A stretch of 64,000 nucleotides of DNA from a virus. Lineage: Duplodnaviria > Caudoviricetes. Each line of letters starts with the position of its first letter. Position 1 is the stretch's first letter. The notes beneath the pieces were generated by a model, which saw only the letters and a list, made by a program, of their open reading frames with translations, was not told the DNA's origin and searched no databases. The stretch lies in IMG/VR virus record IMGVR_UViG_3300046460_000097, one strand, 5' to 3'. Position numbers and translations under genes: made by a program. Positions 9,542 to 19,471 of this stretch are shown one piece after another.

Positions 9542-12007
9542 ATGCTACTTGAATTGGTACTTGAGAATTATGTCCCACTGTTGAGCAGCAACATTCATAA
9601 AGTGGAACTGAATACTGAACATATGATCAACCTGCTTATTTCTCAGAACGGTACTGGTAAGACCAGCATTCTGAAAGAAGCGAATCCGAACCCTCCGGAG
9701 AACGGTAACTATAAAAATGGTCGTAAGTATTCCAAGTGGCGTTTTGGTTCTAACACTTATGAGTTAGACGGCTACACAGGGATTGGTAACGGCCATAGCT
9801 TCAAGGTAAATGGGGGTCCGGAACTCAACACCGGTGGCACCTTTTCCGTACAGAAGGAGTTGGTAGACGCTCACTTCCAAATGGACTCGGGCATGACCAA
9901 GGTGTTGAGTGGGTTGCGCATTGTTGACAGACTGTCCGCTATGTCGCCTGCTCGCCGTAAAGATGTGTTGATGCAGATCTACCCTAACGACACCGATTAT
10001 GCGTTGGGGGTTTACAACAGGCTTAAATCAGAACGGAATGAACTCAAGGCTGCGATCAAGAATCAGATTGGTCGTTATACCGAAGAGAACCGTAAGCTGT
10101 CCTACATCAACGAGGCCGGCATTGATCAGCTAGAAATCCGCATTAAAGGAATCGAGGAAGAGCTTAAGCAGTCTCTCTTGATTCGTGGTGGTTTGGAGAA
10201 CGTTGATATCGATCCTGCACTCCAGTCCAAGGTCGATACTTTCAACCGCCTGACCGACCAACTGTTGGCCAACAAGTTGAGCGGGATCATCTGGACTGAG
10301 AACGAATACCTCGACGCCATTGAGACGGCTACGCGTATTCTGAATCGCCATCAGGAACAGGCGGCTATCCTGCAAGGCATCATCAGTGAGCACGCCAGTT
10401 ATCTCGACGGGCTAGAAGAGTTCCTCAAGGACCCTGATAGCTTTAAGGAACAAGCGGGTCACATTAAGGATGACATCGCTTCTACTCTGGCTCAGATTGA
10501 AGTGATTAACTTGGGGATGCAGCAATACCCTGTGTTCAACGATCCTGAGAGCCCGCTGGAGCGACTGGAAGAAGTAGTTATCCAGTTTATCGGCTACGTT
10601 GATCGCGTAACTGTAGCGAGCACTCAGGAGCTTACAGGTAACCAGTATAAAGGTTATCTGCAGCAACAAGAACAGGCGGCGGTAAAGATCAGAGCTTTAG
10701 CATCTGACATCACTGACCTGACGCATGAGCTGAAGCATTATGACAGTGCAGCGTTAATCGACTGTCCCGATTGCAACAGCCAGTTCAAGATCGGTGTGAC
10801 TAAAGCCGACGTAGATAAGAAACGTATGATCCTAGAAGCTCATCAGGGTCAGCTGAGCAAATTAGAAGCAGCTCAGGAAAAGCTGCAGGTCCTCATCGAG
10901 AATGATGCGGATTGGTATGTGAGCATGAACCAACTGTTTACCTTCGTTCGGGATAACAGCCACGTTCGTATCCTGCCAGATTTGATCAAGCAGTTTGAAG
11001 TGGGTAAGGTGCACAGTCGTAGGCTCCACAACGCACTGGAGTTGTTCCAGAAGCGTTTCGACCTGCAACAGCACCGAGACACGCTGGGTAAAGAAGAGTC
11101 TCTCCTAGACGCTCGTATCGCCCTTCTAGACCGTAATAACGTTCTGGATGTGGCGATCTATGTTAGCAGCACTGAACAAGAGCTGCGTAAGGAGAACGAG
11201 AAGATCTCGTTTTATCGGGCTAAACTCGATAAGCTCAACAACACTTTGCGTTCCATTCAAACTTATGGGAGCGATGTAAAACGGTTAGACGTACTTCGGC
11301 ATGAAATCCTTGTTGGTTTAGAGAGTCAGGGTAAGTTCAATTTGCGCGGTGTGGTTGATCAGCGCATCAGTGAATTGACTACCGATAAAGAGAACTATCT
11401 GACCTCGATCATCAAGAGCAAATCATTGACGGCGGTGGTTCAGTCTATTTCGGCGGACATTGAGCGTATGAAACGACGCTTGAAGATTGTCGATATTCTG
11501 ATGAATGGCTTGTGCCCGAATAAAGGTCTGATTGGTAAGTTGATGTCTGACTTCATCACCAGTATCTGCGGTAACATGAATGCCGTCATCAGCCAGATCT
11601 GGAACACCCCACTGTACATCAAGCCGTGTGCGAAAGAGAATGGGGACTTGACGTATAAGTTCCCAGTCGTCAAAGGGGAGAAAGACGGAGCACCAGACGT
11701 GTCAGATTGCAGTGCAGGGGAAGCAGACATCTTGGACTGGGTATTCCGGTTCGTACTGCTGGGATACCACAAGTTCCCGTTCCCACTTGTAATGGACGAA
11801 GTAGGACCTTTCTTGGATGAGATCAAACGAGGACGGTTCTTCAACTTTGTTCAGGAGTACACGCAAGGCAAAGACGCACGTCAGTTGTTCCTAGTGTCAC
11901 ATTACTTCGGTCAGTTGGGTGTTTTCAAAGACGCCAACATCATTGCACTGCGGTACGAAGGTCTCACTCTTCCGGGTGAGGTTAATCAGCACTCAACAGT
12001 AATGTAA
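9542..12007 (+). CDS. sbcC: SbcC/Rad50-like SMC ATPase
   Basis: Walker A SQNGTGKTS, coiled coils, CPDC zinc hook, CSAGE signature, Walker B LVMDE, H-loop LVSH. Confidence 0.88.
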   Translation: MLLELVLENYVPLLSSNIHKVELNTEHMINLLISQNGTGKTSILKEANPNPPENGNYKNGRKYSKWRFGSNTYELDGYTGIGNGHSFKVNGGPELNTGGTFSVQKELVDAHFQMDSGMTKVLSGLRIVDRLSAMSPARRKDVLMQIYPNDTDYALGVYNRLKSERNELKAAIKNQIGRYTEENRKLSYINEAGIDQLEIRIKGIEEELKQSLLIRGGLENVDIDPALQSKVDTFNRLTDQLLANKLSGIIWTENEYLDAIETATRILNRHQEQAAILQGIISEHASYLDGLEEFLKDPDSFKEQAGHIKDDIASTLAQIEVINLGMQQYPVFNDPESPLERLEEVVIQFIGYVDRVTVASTQELTGNQYKGYLQQQEQAAVKIRALASDITDLTHELKHYDSAALIDCPDCNSQFKIGVTKADVDKKRMILEAHQGQLSKLEAAQEKLQVLIENDADWYVSMNQLFTFVRDNSHVRILPDLIKQFEVGKVHSRRLHNALELFQKRFDLQQHRDTLGKEESLLDARIALLDRNNVLDVAIYVSSTEQELRKENEKISFYRAKLDKLNNTLRSIQTYGSDVKRLDVLRHEILVGLESQGKFNLRGVVDQRISELTTDKENYLTSIIKSKSLTAVVQSISADIERMKRRLKIVDILMNGLCPNKGLIGKLMSDFITSICGNMNAVISQIWNTPLYIKPCAKENGDLTYKFPVVKGEKDGAPDVSDCSAGEADILDWVFRFVLLGYHKFPFPLVMDEVGPFLDEIKRGRFFNFVQEYTQGKDARQLFLVSHYFGQLGVFKDANIIALRYEGLTLPGEVNQHSTVM

Positions 12008-12016
12008 TTTTAAACC

Positions 12017-12024
12017 TATATTAC
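12017..12024 (+). promoter_or_regulatory. Phage early (virion RNAP) promoter core
   Basis: TATATTAC, the established phiKZ early-promoter motif, intergenic and preceded by a T-tract. Confidence 0.75.
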
Positions 12025-12133
12025 TAGTGTGAGATGGAGTGGAGGTGAATTGTTCGCCTCTTATCTCTTTGGTTGTATTCGTACTGCATACCCTTGTTTA
12101 TGACGACCTACATACTTCAGAAGAGATAAGACT

Positions 12134-12406
12134 ATGCAAACAGTTCAGATCCCAATAGCGAATGCAGCGGATGGTTCGCTTGTTCCACATCCACAAGGCC
12201 AAGGGCTTGCCACGGTGACGTTTAACTACGACATGAATGGCAAAACCGCAATCATCAACTTCATGGGTAACAACCAAGCCCTGATCACGTTCGATGAAAC
12301 CGGTAACCAGCCTGTCAGCTACATGCCGTACAGCCCAATGGCCACCCAGCAAGATCTGGCCAGCATCGAAAACATCATGCGTTACATCCCCCAACTCTTC
12401 CATTGA
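12134..12406 (+). CDS. Hypothetical protein (90 aa)
   Basis: First ORF after the early promoter; AAGAG upstream; phage-like codon use. Confidence 0.7.
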   Translation: MQTVQIPIANAADGSLVPHPQGQGLATVTFNYDMNGKTAIINFMGNNQALITFDETGNQPVSYMPYSPMATQQDLASIENIMRYIPQLFH

Positions 12407-12419
12407 GTAATTGCCCGAC

Positions 12420-12887
12420 ATGAATGTACAGAAGTACTTTAACCAGGACCCTGATGAATTCATAGGGTCCTTTGAGCCTATTACAGTTTCCATGCAGAGC
12501 CGCAACAATAAGGCCACCATCGAACTGGGGTTGGTTAAGGATAATAACAAGTTGTGTTTTGTTATCGGAAAGCGGTTACAGAGTGAAGGATCACTCCTAA
12601 TTCTTGATCAAGTGCGTCTGTCACTTGCATCCCAGCGAACGTTCGAAGATCGCCCATCTCATTGGTCTACTTGTAGTTTCTACCGCCATGAGTTCCTGCG
12701 TAGAGCGTTCGAAGATTTTGTTAATGCTTCACCCTTTGTATCTTTTATAAGAGCCAACGTCAACCCATTGGCCGTATCACAACTGTTTGCCAATCTAAGG
12801 GACATTAGTCCTAAACTAATAAGCTTTCAGCTAGGGAATCATCATGAGAAAGGAAGAAGTCATTGCGAGGTACCAAGAGCTGGTTAA
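12420..12887 (+). CDS. Hypothetical protein (~155 aa)
   Basis: Fills the gap in a co-oriented operon; start uncertain (TTG 12411 or ATG 12420). Confidence 0.55.
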   Translation: MNVQKYFNQDPDEFIGSFEPITVSMQSRNNKATIELGLVKDNNKLCFVIGKRLQSEGSLLILDQVRLSLASQRTFEDRPSHWSTCSFYRHEFLRRAFEDFVNASPFVSFIRANVNPLAVSQLFANLRDISPKLISFQLGNHHEKGRSHCEVPRAG

Positions 12888-13287
12888 GGAGCTTGTTGAG
12901 CCCGCACACAACGTAGTACTGAGCGCCGGATCTGCTTCGGTGATGATGGGTCTCCGCGATGAGACTGACGACTTGGATGCAGATGTACTGCCCGGTGTAT
13001 TCAAATGGGCCTGCGCCGTCAAGAAAGCAACCGTCATCGTTGAAGAGAATGTAAACGATCGGATCAAGTATTCCGATAAGGTTGATTTGCACATCCTCGA
13101 TGAAGATCGTGGGCGTGTTTGTATCGAGGGGGTCTGGGTCTACAGTCCCCAAGAGCTGTTGAATCAAAAGCGTTATCTGATGCGCATGCCTAACCGCCGT
13201 GCAGAGAAGATGCTACGTGACCAGTTGGAAGTATCTCAGCTGGAAGAACTTATCCGTAAACCTAAATTTACTGCGAAGGCCGTTTAA
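12844..13287 (+). CDS. Putative nucleotidyltransferase (Pol-beta superfamily, DUF6036-like), paralog 1
   Basis: hGS...DhD motif in LSAGSASVMMGLRDETDDLDADV; C-terminal R..K..RD. Confidence 0.6.
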   Translation: MRKEEVIARYQELVKELVEPAHNVVLSAGSASVMMGLRDETDDLDADVLPGVFKWACAVKKATVIVEENVNDRIKYSDKVDLHILDEDRGRVCIEGVWVYSPQELLNQKRYLMRMPNRRAEKMLRDQLEVSQLEELIRKPKFTAKAV

Positions 13288-13758
13288 ATGGAAGACCTCG
13301 TTGAACTCCGTAAGCGAGTTATGTTTAAAGGCAAAGAAAAAGTAGCTGACGCTATTCGTATCTTCGCTGACAACTGGAACATCCCCCTCGATCAAGTCTG
13401 TGTCGGTGGTGGTGCTGCGTTGGTGCTCATGGGTATCCGTGAAGAAACTCACGATCTGAACCTGTGGGTCGATTCGCCGTACTTCGAGAAGCTAGCGGAA
13501 GAAATGAAGACCATCAACCACCCAATGGTTGACACTGTCATCATGATGCCGAACGTATTCACCTACGTGCGCCAGCGCAATCGCTACTTCGGTCACGACG
13601 TGATCGGCGGTATTCAGGTCTTCAACGTTCTGGCACTGATTGTCCAGAAGCGCGGTGGCTATGCTGAACCTGCCCGTCCGGTAGCGAAGCGTAAACAAGA
13701 TCGAATGGACTTGCGCATCCTCGCCGAGATCCATGCAACACGTAACAAAGTGGCTTAG
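13288..13758 (+). CDS. Nucleotidyltransferase-like protein, paralog 2, second catalytic Asp replaced by Asn
   Basis: VGGGAALVLMGIREETHDLNLWV; starts immediately after the paralog 1 stop (TAAATG). Confidence 0.55.
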   Translation: MEDLVELRKRVMFKGKEKVADAIRIFADNWNIPLDQVCVGGGAALVLMGIREETHDLNLWVDSPYFEKLAEEMKTINHPMVDTVIMMPNVFTYVRQRNRYFGHDVIGGIQVFNVLALIVQKRGGYAEPARPVAKRKQDRMDLRILAEIHATRNKVA

Positions 13759-13764
13759 TAAGAC

Positions 13765-13803
13765 CCTTAAGTACCGGTGGGTAACTCCACTTGGTACTTA
13801 AGG
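13765..13803 (+). terminator. Long-stem terminator hairpin
   Basis: CCTTAAGTACCGGTGG...CCACTTGGTACTTAAGG followed by CCTTTATT. Confidence 0.7.
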
Positions 13804-13838
13804 CCTTTATTACGCATTTTGATTTTTAAGAGGCTGTT

Positions 13839-15854
13839 ATGGAAATCCATTCGAATCCTACCGTTTATGCTGAAATGAAAAAGCTAAACGATGACATCCT
13901 GTATCACAATGATCTTTACCACAACAAAGACACTCACGTTATTCCCCACAGTGAGTTCGATGCCATGGTAGAACGCTTTGATGAACTGGCTGAGATCTAT
14001 CCGGATATCGCCAAGTTGTTTGTTCATCAACAGAAGGCGGTTCCACTGCACGACCTGACTAACGAAGGGCTGGAGATCGTTGTATTCGATTCTCCCATGC
14101 TCAGTCTGAAGAAGGCTTTAACGTGGCCGCAGTTTGATGCTTGGCTCAACAAGTTTCCTAGCGCCGTCTATCTCGCTATTGTTTACGAGAAGAAGATTGA
14201 CGGGTTGGCGCTTGAGATCCGTTACCTCGACTGGAAACTGCACAAGATCTTTACCCGGGGTGATGGCCTAAAGGGCGAGGACGTTACCCATTCATTCCGT
14301 CTGTTCGGTAACATTCCTGCCGAGATCCCAAAGGTAGTTGGTGGTGGGTTACTGGTTCCGGGAGATCTGGTGGTTCGTGGTGAAGGGTGCATTACTATCC
14401 ATGATTTCCTGCGTTACAACGAGACTGCGGTTAAACCTGCAGCTAATCCTCGTAATGCGGTAAGTGGCTGGGTGCGTGCGCTAGAGAAGAACCAGAACAA
14501 AGACGTGGTCGGCATCCTGCAGTTCTACACCTATTGGTCTAACACCAGTATGGGAGCTGAAGATTACAACGACCTGCGTAGTTGCTGGGAGGCTATTGGC
14601 TTCTACCCTGCGCCGTTATCTTGTCTTGAAGACATCCGTAACGACTACCAAGACACTATCCTGCCAACTGATGGGATTGTGGGCAAGGTGCGTAGCTTCA
14701 CCGTGCAGGAAGCGCTCGGCTACACTAACAAGCACCCTAACTGGGCGATTGCGTACAAGTTCCCAGATGAAGAGAAGGAATCCCCTCTCGAACGTGTTAT
14801 CTGGCAAACCTCTATGACGGGCCGTGTTGTACCCGTCGTGGAATACACCCCTATTGAGTTAGGTGGTGTAACTTGTCGTCGGGCCAATCTGGATAACTAC
14901 CACCAATTCATGGCGTTGGAACTTCATGAAGATTCTGTACTGGGTATTACGCGTAACGGGAATGTTATTCCTCGTGTTAGCCGTGTTGTCGATCGTGGGT
15001 TTGGTAGTCGCCTTAAAGCTCCTGTGGAATGCCCTAGCTGCAATTCCAAGCTGGAGCTGAAGACAGGGAAGACTAGCACTGACCTCGTCTGTAAGAACGT
15101 CATAGGCTGTTCTAGCCAGCTTCTTAACCGCTGTGTATCGTTGGTTAACAAACGTTGCCTCGATATCGACGGGTTAGGACCGGTGCAGTTGGGTGAACTG
15201 ATTACCCACAAGAAGATCAGCAGTACCGCAGACCTCTTCATGATGACTCCTCAGCATGTGGGGGATAAACTGTACGCAGAGATTCAAGGCAGTCGTATTC
15301 AGTTCCTGCATCGTGCTATCAAGGCGCTGGGGCTTCCTGGGATCGACCTGATCCGTGCGAAGAAGATTGCCAAGGCCATGAGTCATATCAAGGTTGATGG
15401 TGACGTGGACAGCCGCGGGGACATGTTGCACTTCATCGGTAATGTAGACAACCTCGTAAAGATCCCGGGTATCTCTACCGGTATCGCACTTCCTATCGCG
15501 AAAACGTTGGAAGACAATGCTTTCTGGAAGAACGCCCTTAACGTATTGATGTACTTGGACATTCTGCCGGAAGGTGACACCGATAACGATCTCAAGGTTT
15601 GTATAACGGGGGAGCTGGGACTATCTCGTGACGAACTGATTGATTACTTTGCCGATCAAGGTATCGAATTGGTGGACAACCTCACCAAGAGCTGTGTCGC
15701 TTTGATCGTGGGTGAGAAGCCCGGAAACGTCAAGCTGTTAAAGGCAACTGAGCTAGGTATCTTTATGGTGAATTCTGATAAAGCATCTAGCATCGATAAC
15801 CTGATCGAACAGATCAAGAACCACAACCAAGGGGACGTGCATGACAACCGCTAA
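13839..15854 (+). CDS. ligA: NAD-dependent DNA ligase
   Basis: YEKKIDGLA adenylation motif, TRGDG, DGIVGK, WAIAYKF, OB domain, Zn finger CPSC...C...C, HhH motifs, BRCT (VCITGEL). Confidence 0.95.
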   Translation: MEIHSNPTVYAEMKKLNDDILYHNDLYHNKDTHVIPHSEFDAMVERFDELAEIYPDIAKLFVHQQKAVPLHDLTNEGLEIVVFDSPMLSLKKALTWPQFDAWLNKFPSAVYLAIVYEKKIDGLALEIRYLDWKLHKIFTRGDGLKGEDVTHSFRLFGNIPAEIPKVVGGGLLVPGDLVVRGEGCITIHDFLRYNETAVKPAANPRNAVSGWVRALEKNQNKDVVGILQFYTYWSNTSMGAEDYNDLRSCWEAIGFYPAPLSCLEDIRNDYQDTILPTDGIVGKVRSFTVQEALGYTNKHPNWAIAYKFPDEEKESPLERVIWQTSMTGRVVPVVEYTPIELGGVTCRRANLDNYHQFMALELHEDSVLGITRNGNVIPRVSRVVDRGFGSRLKAPVECPSCNSKLELKTGKTSTDLVCKNVIGCSSQLLNRCVSLVNKRCLDIDGLGPVQLGELITHKKISSTADLFMMTPQHVGDKLYAEIQGSRIQFLHRAIKALGLPGIDLIRAKKIAKAMSHIKVDGDVDSRGDMLHFIGNVDNLVKIPGISTGIALPIAKTLEDNAFWKNALNVLMYLDILPEGDTDNDLKVCITGELGLSRDELIDYFADQGIELVDNLTKSCVALIVGEKPGNVKLLKATELGIFMVNSDKASSIDNLIEQIKNHNQGDVHDNR

Positions 15855-17505
15855 GACCAAGAAGCTGGACCATAACGAAGTCCAGAAGCAAACCACCGCC
15901 GCTGTTAAAGCGCTACCGAAAGACGTCAAGGAAGAACTGGATGAACTCGTTACAAAGAACATCGAAGCCAACAAAGGCAAAGCAGTGGCCAAAGCGGTTG
16001 CAGCGGCTGAAGAATCTCTCACACAAAGTGAAGATGTTTCTAAAGGTGGCAGTAAGCTGATCATGGAAACGGGTCTGACTTCGGTCATCCACATTACTCC
16101 GGCACAGGCACGTATGCTGACCGCCAACTCTGGCGACGTACTGCGTGAAATTAACAAGAAGACCGGCGTGTCGTTGGAAGTGGCTGAAGACGGCGAAGTG
16201 AAGATCAAGGGTGACACGGCAAAAGCGATTGATCTGGCGCACTCGTTTATCTTGGACGTGATAACCACTCCTGGTGAACTGGTTGCTACTCTTGATAGCG
16301 GTACCGGTAAGGTCATCGACTACCGTCTGAAGCGCCCGCTGACGTTTGAAGAACGCGAGCTGCTGCCAAAGCCATGGGTGATCATTGACGGTGTCCAGAT
16401 CGAACCCAAGGCGACCGGTCTCAAGTTGTCTGGCGGGCGTATTGTCCCTAACCAAACACCGTTGACCTATGAGCGTGACGTCTACATCAACTACTACGGC
16501 GCTGACTCCAAAGACCTGACATTCACTCAGTTCGCGGTGGTCATCAACGGCCGTACTGTTACCGTCATGCTCGATGAGAAGTCGACTCTGGAAGTCACCA
16601 ACACCTACTTCGGTAGCGAACGGTCTGACTCCGATGCAGCAATCCAGCGTAATGCACTGGTGACCCTCATCAACTCCAGCAGCCGTAACGACAGCTTCTT
16701 CGGCGACAACCTGTTGATCGGTCTCGAGTCGACGTATAGCTCGTACACCGATGCCTGCGTCAGCAAGACCCTCACTGGCAGCTACCGCGCCAAGACACCG
16801 CCGCCGATCGTTGACCTGCCGTGGGACTCTCGTGGTGCCAGCTTTGGCACGGACCGTAATAAGGTCTCTCACACTACTTTCCGCCAAGCGTTGATCGAAG
16901 GCACCATCTTGGCATCTGGTGTGTACAAGAATGTGCAGATCTTTGCGTCGACTATCAAGAGTGAGCATTCCGTTACGTTTGAGAACGTGAGCATGGACGG
17001 TGACACTATCAAGGCGAAGTCTATCGTCATGAAGCACACCACCACCAAGGGCTTCCGTTTGATGACCGATGGGCCGGTGTTGATTGTTAACACTCGCTTT
17101 AAAGATGTTGCTCCGGTTCTCCCTGGGCTGTACATGCCGAACAAGTTCTGTGCGTTGCAGATCGATTTGCCGCTCGGTCAGTTGTCCATGTACCGTGAAA
17201 GCAAAGAAAAGATTTGCCTGACGGTCAACTCGTACATTTCGGTCGTGATGAATCTGGACGATGACTTCGACACGATCGAAGAGAAGGTTGCCGAGCTGAT
17301 GACCAAGTCTGCCGGCGGCTGGGGGAATACTTCCGGCATCGATCCGAAAGACAACGATCCGCTGACCCGCAATCTGATGATATATGTGGTGGCTGCTATC
17401 CGCTCCCGCATCAAGGTCATCAAACTGTTGGACAGTGCTATCAAGGTGGCTGAAACCATCACCGCAACCGGTCGTGACGACTACTACGATCAACAACCGT
17501 TCTGA
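15841..17505 (+). CDS. Hypothetical protein with a PNPase-type KH domain and a C-terminal domain shared with the next gene
   Basis: aa ~79-142 (IHITPAQARMLTANSGDVLREINKKTGVSLEVAEDGEVKIKG) align by eye to the PNPase KH domain; NKFC and SR(I/L)xV motifs are shared with 17573..18559. Confidence 0.65.
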   Translation: MTTAKTKKLDHNEVQKQTTAAVKALPKDVKEELDELVTKNIEANKGKAVAKAVAAAEESLTQSEDVSKGGSKLIMETGLTSVIHITPAQARMLTANSGDVLREINKKTGVSLEVAEDGEVKIKGDTAKAIDLAHSFILDVITTPGELVATLDSGTGKVIDYRLKRPLTFEERELLPKPWVIIDGVQIEPKATGLKLSGGRIVPNQTPLTYERDVYINYYGADSKDLTFTQFAVVINGRTVTVMLDEKSTLEVTNTYFGSERSDSDAAIQRNALVTLINSSSRNDSFFGDNLLIGLESTYSSYTDACVSKTLTGSYRAKTPPPIVDLPWDSRGASFGTDRNKVSHTTFRQALIEGTILASGVYKNVQIFASTIKSEHSVTFENVSMDGDTIKAKSIVMKHTTTKGFRLMTDGPVLIVNTRFKDVAPVLPGLYMPNKFCALQIDLPLGQLSMYRESKEKICLTVNSYISVVMNLDDDFDTIEEKVAELMTKSAGGWGNTSGIDPKDNDPLTRNLMIYVVAAIRSRIKVIKLLDSAIKVAETITATGRDDYYDQQPF

Positions 17506-17521
17506 TCCTTAACCTCTATAT

Positions 17522-17549
17522 GCCTGTCGAGTTTAATTACTCGGCGGGC
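17522..17549 (+). terminator. Intergenic stem-loop
   Basis: GCCTGTCGAGT-TTAATT-ACTCGGCGGGC, with G-U pairs. Confidence 0.5.
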
Positions 17550-17572
17550 TATAGCTATGTGGAGTGTTCTTT

Positions 17573-18559
17573 ATGGCTATTAGCAAAGCAACCGTACTTT
17601 TGGACGGCGTAGAAGTTTCTCCAGTCGATACCGAGCACATGCCTAACCCTGACGGTAACGGTCCTGACTGGGTGCCGATTGGTGGCGTGTTCAGTTTGTT
17701 CGAAGTGGAGCTTAAAGGCTACGTGCTTCGGATGTGTCTGGACAGTGAGTCCTTGGTTGATCTGGACTCTGAACACAAGTTCTTTAAGCGACTGGCTATG
17801 TGCGACGATGATCTTCCGGATGCGCCTTGCATCTTGGCTGATATCGTTTTGATCAACTCGCAAATCGTCGACAGTGCGTTTGCCGGTGTCAGTACGTTTA
17901 CTAACGTCGTTCTTGAAAACTGCTGTGTGGTTAACTCCACTATGCTGTACAACGAGAGGTGGGGCAACCTGCAATTCAGGACGATCAAGAACGCCCTTAT
18001 TGAAACGTGTTATCTCGAAGATAACACGATCCGTAGTTCGTGCCGTGCGCTTACCTTGCGTAACAGCAGCTTGGTCGGCAACGATATCGAAAACCATGGT
18101 GTGGGTATTCTCATTGAGGATAGCACCATCGATAACTCCACCTTTGACGTGGGGAATGTCTTCGATATCTACACCAGCGTTCTGAGCAACGTTGTTCTGA
18201 CGGTGAAGGGCTTCATGCGACTCACCAATCAGCGCTTGGAGAATGTTGAGTTCCACGCCGACAGCTTGGACCTTTACAACAAGTTCTGCTCGTTCTCGTT
18301 GGAACTTGATACCGGGCGGTTGCAGTTCCATATGGCCCGTACTGACAGTGGTGCTCTTTCGATGGAAGGGTACGAAGACGTCATTGATGTGGATGATCCG
18401 GATTACAGGGAGAAATTGATTCGCCTGTTGAAACATTCTGGTCACCCTATCCCTGAAGATGTGGCCGAGTATATTGATGCGTGTGTTAAATCACGTCTCA
18501 GTGTACTGAAGAAGATTGATGACGCTAAACAGGCGGAGTTCATGCGAGCATTGGAATAA
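17573..18559 (+). CDS. Hypothetical beta-helix-like repeat protein, paralog of the upstream C-terminus
   Basis: Short [IL]xNSx[IL]-type repeats; LYNKFCSF and KSRLSVLKKIDDA match MPNKFCAL and RSRIKVIKLLDSA; ATG 17573 follows GGAG. Confidence 0.6.
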   Translation: MAISKATVLLDGVEVSPVDTEHMPNPDGNGPDWVPIGGVFSLFEVELKGYVLRMCLDSESLVDLDSEHKFFKRLAMCDDDLPDAPCILADIVLINSQIVDSAFAGVSTFTNVVLENCCVVNSTMLYNERWGNLQFRTIKNALIETCYLEDNTIRSSCRALTLRNSSLVGNDIENHGVGILIEDSTIDNSTFDVGNVFDIYTSVLSNVVLTVKGFMRLTNQRLENVEFHADSLDLYNKFCSFSLELDTGRLQFHMARTDSGALSMEGYEDVIDVDDPDYREKLIRLLKHSGHPIPEDVAEYIDACVKSRLSVLKKIDDAKQAEFMRALE

Positions 18560-18569
18560 GAGAGATGAA

Positions 18570-19058
18570 ATGAGCAAATCAAAACCAGACACTATTGTTT
18601 ACAAGGTGCATACCGATGGCAGTGCCTTGGGCAATCCGGGGCCTGGTGGTTATGCGTTGGTAGTGAGATGCGGAGACGCGGAGGTCGTCACACTCTCGAA
18701 AGGCTACTTCAAAACAACAAACAACCGGATGGAATTGCTGGCCATCATTGTGCTGCTGGAGACTTACGGAGCCCCGGGGAACTTCTTTGACGTATACACG
18801 GATTCGATGTACGTCATTGATGGGGCTACGAAGTGGCACAAGAGTTGGGCTAGAAATAACTGGATCACTTGGCGGACTCAACAGCCCGTCAAGAATGCCG
18901 ACCTGTGGAAGCGCGTAGAACCTCTGTTGAAAGCTAACAAGGTGAAGTTCACGCACGTGCGCGCTCACACAGGTATTCCGGATAACGAAATGGCGGATAA
19001 GCTAGCCAAGGAAGCGGCAGCGGCTCCTACCGAAATCGACGAAGGCTTCATGGGGTGA
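18570..19058 (+). CDS. rnhA: Ribonuclease HI
   Basis: TDGSALGNPGPGGY, TTNNRMEL, YTDSMYV, PVKNADLW, HVRAHTG..DNEMADKLA. Confidence 0.95.
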   Translation: MSKSKPDTIVYKVHTDGSALGNPGPGGYALVVRCGDAEVVTLSKGYFKTTNNRMELLAIIVLLETYGAPGNFFDVYTDSMYVIDGATKWHKSWARNNWITWRTQQPVKNADLWKRVEPLLKANKVKFTHVRAHTGIPDNEMADKLAKEAAAAPTEIDEGFMG

Positions 19059-19061
19059 TGG

Positions 19062-19460
19062 ATGAATCTATTAACCGCAAAGATGGTGGTACAGCGCTTT
19101 CACGGGTTGAGTTACGGGGAAGCGCTGAAGGTAGCCGAACACAGTGAAGGGATCTTGGCACAGATGGATGTGCATGATCCCGCATGGGCGCGTTTTAATA
19201 AGGAACGCTATGACATGTACCGACTGTGTGAGGCACATGACGAGCTGTCTGAGAATAAGCAAAACCACCACTTGGTTGAGTTCTGTTGTATTGTATCGTA
19301 TGATAAAGGTAGCGTAACCAAAGAAGTTACGTACTGGATCAACAAGAACGTCAACCCCCGCGACTACGTTAAAGCCGCCCAGGAACAATGTGTTGAAAAC
19401 TTGCATAAAGCAAAGGTTAAACACGATGTCTGGAAGGACCTCGAAATCGTGCCTGTTTAA
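19062..19460 (+). CDS. Hypothetical protein (132 aa)
   Basis: Tightly packed in the operon. Confidence 0.7.
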   Translation: MNLLTAKMVVQRFHGLSYGEALKVAEHSEGILAQMDVHDPAWARFNKERYDMYRLCEAHDELSENKQNHHLVEFCCIVSYDKGSVTKEVTYWINKNVNPRDYVKAAQEQCVENLHKAKVKHDVWKDLEIVPV

Positions 19461-19471
19461 AAGGACTGCTC

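Noticed and set aside
9525-9544. TATG late-promoter motifs upstream of structural genes
   Set aside because: A 4-nt motif is too frequent to support as a stand-alone feature without TSS data; used only as supporting evidence.
15841-17505. Calling this gene polynucleotide phosphorylase
   Set aside because: Only a KH-like segment matches; no RNase PH cores or S1 domain are evident.
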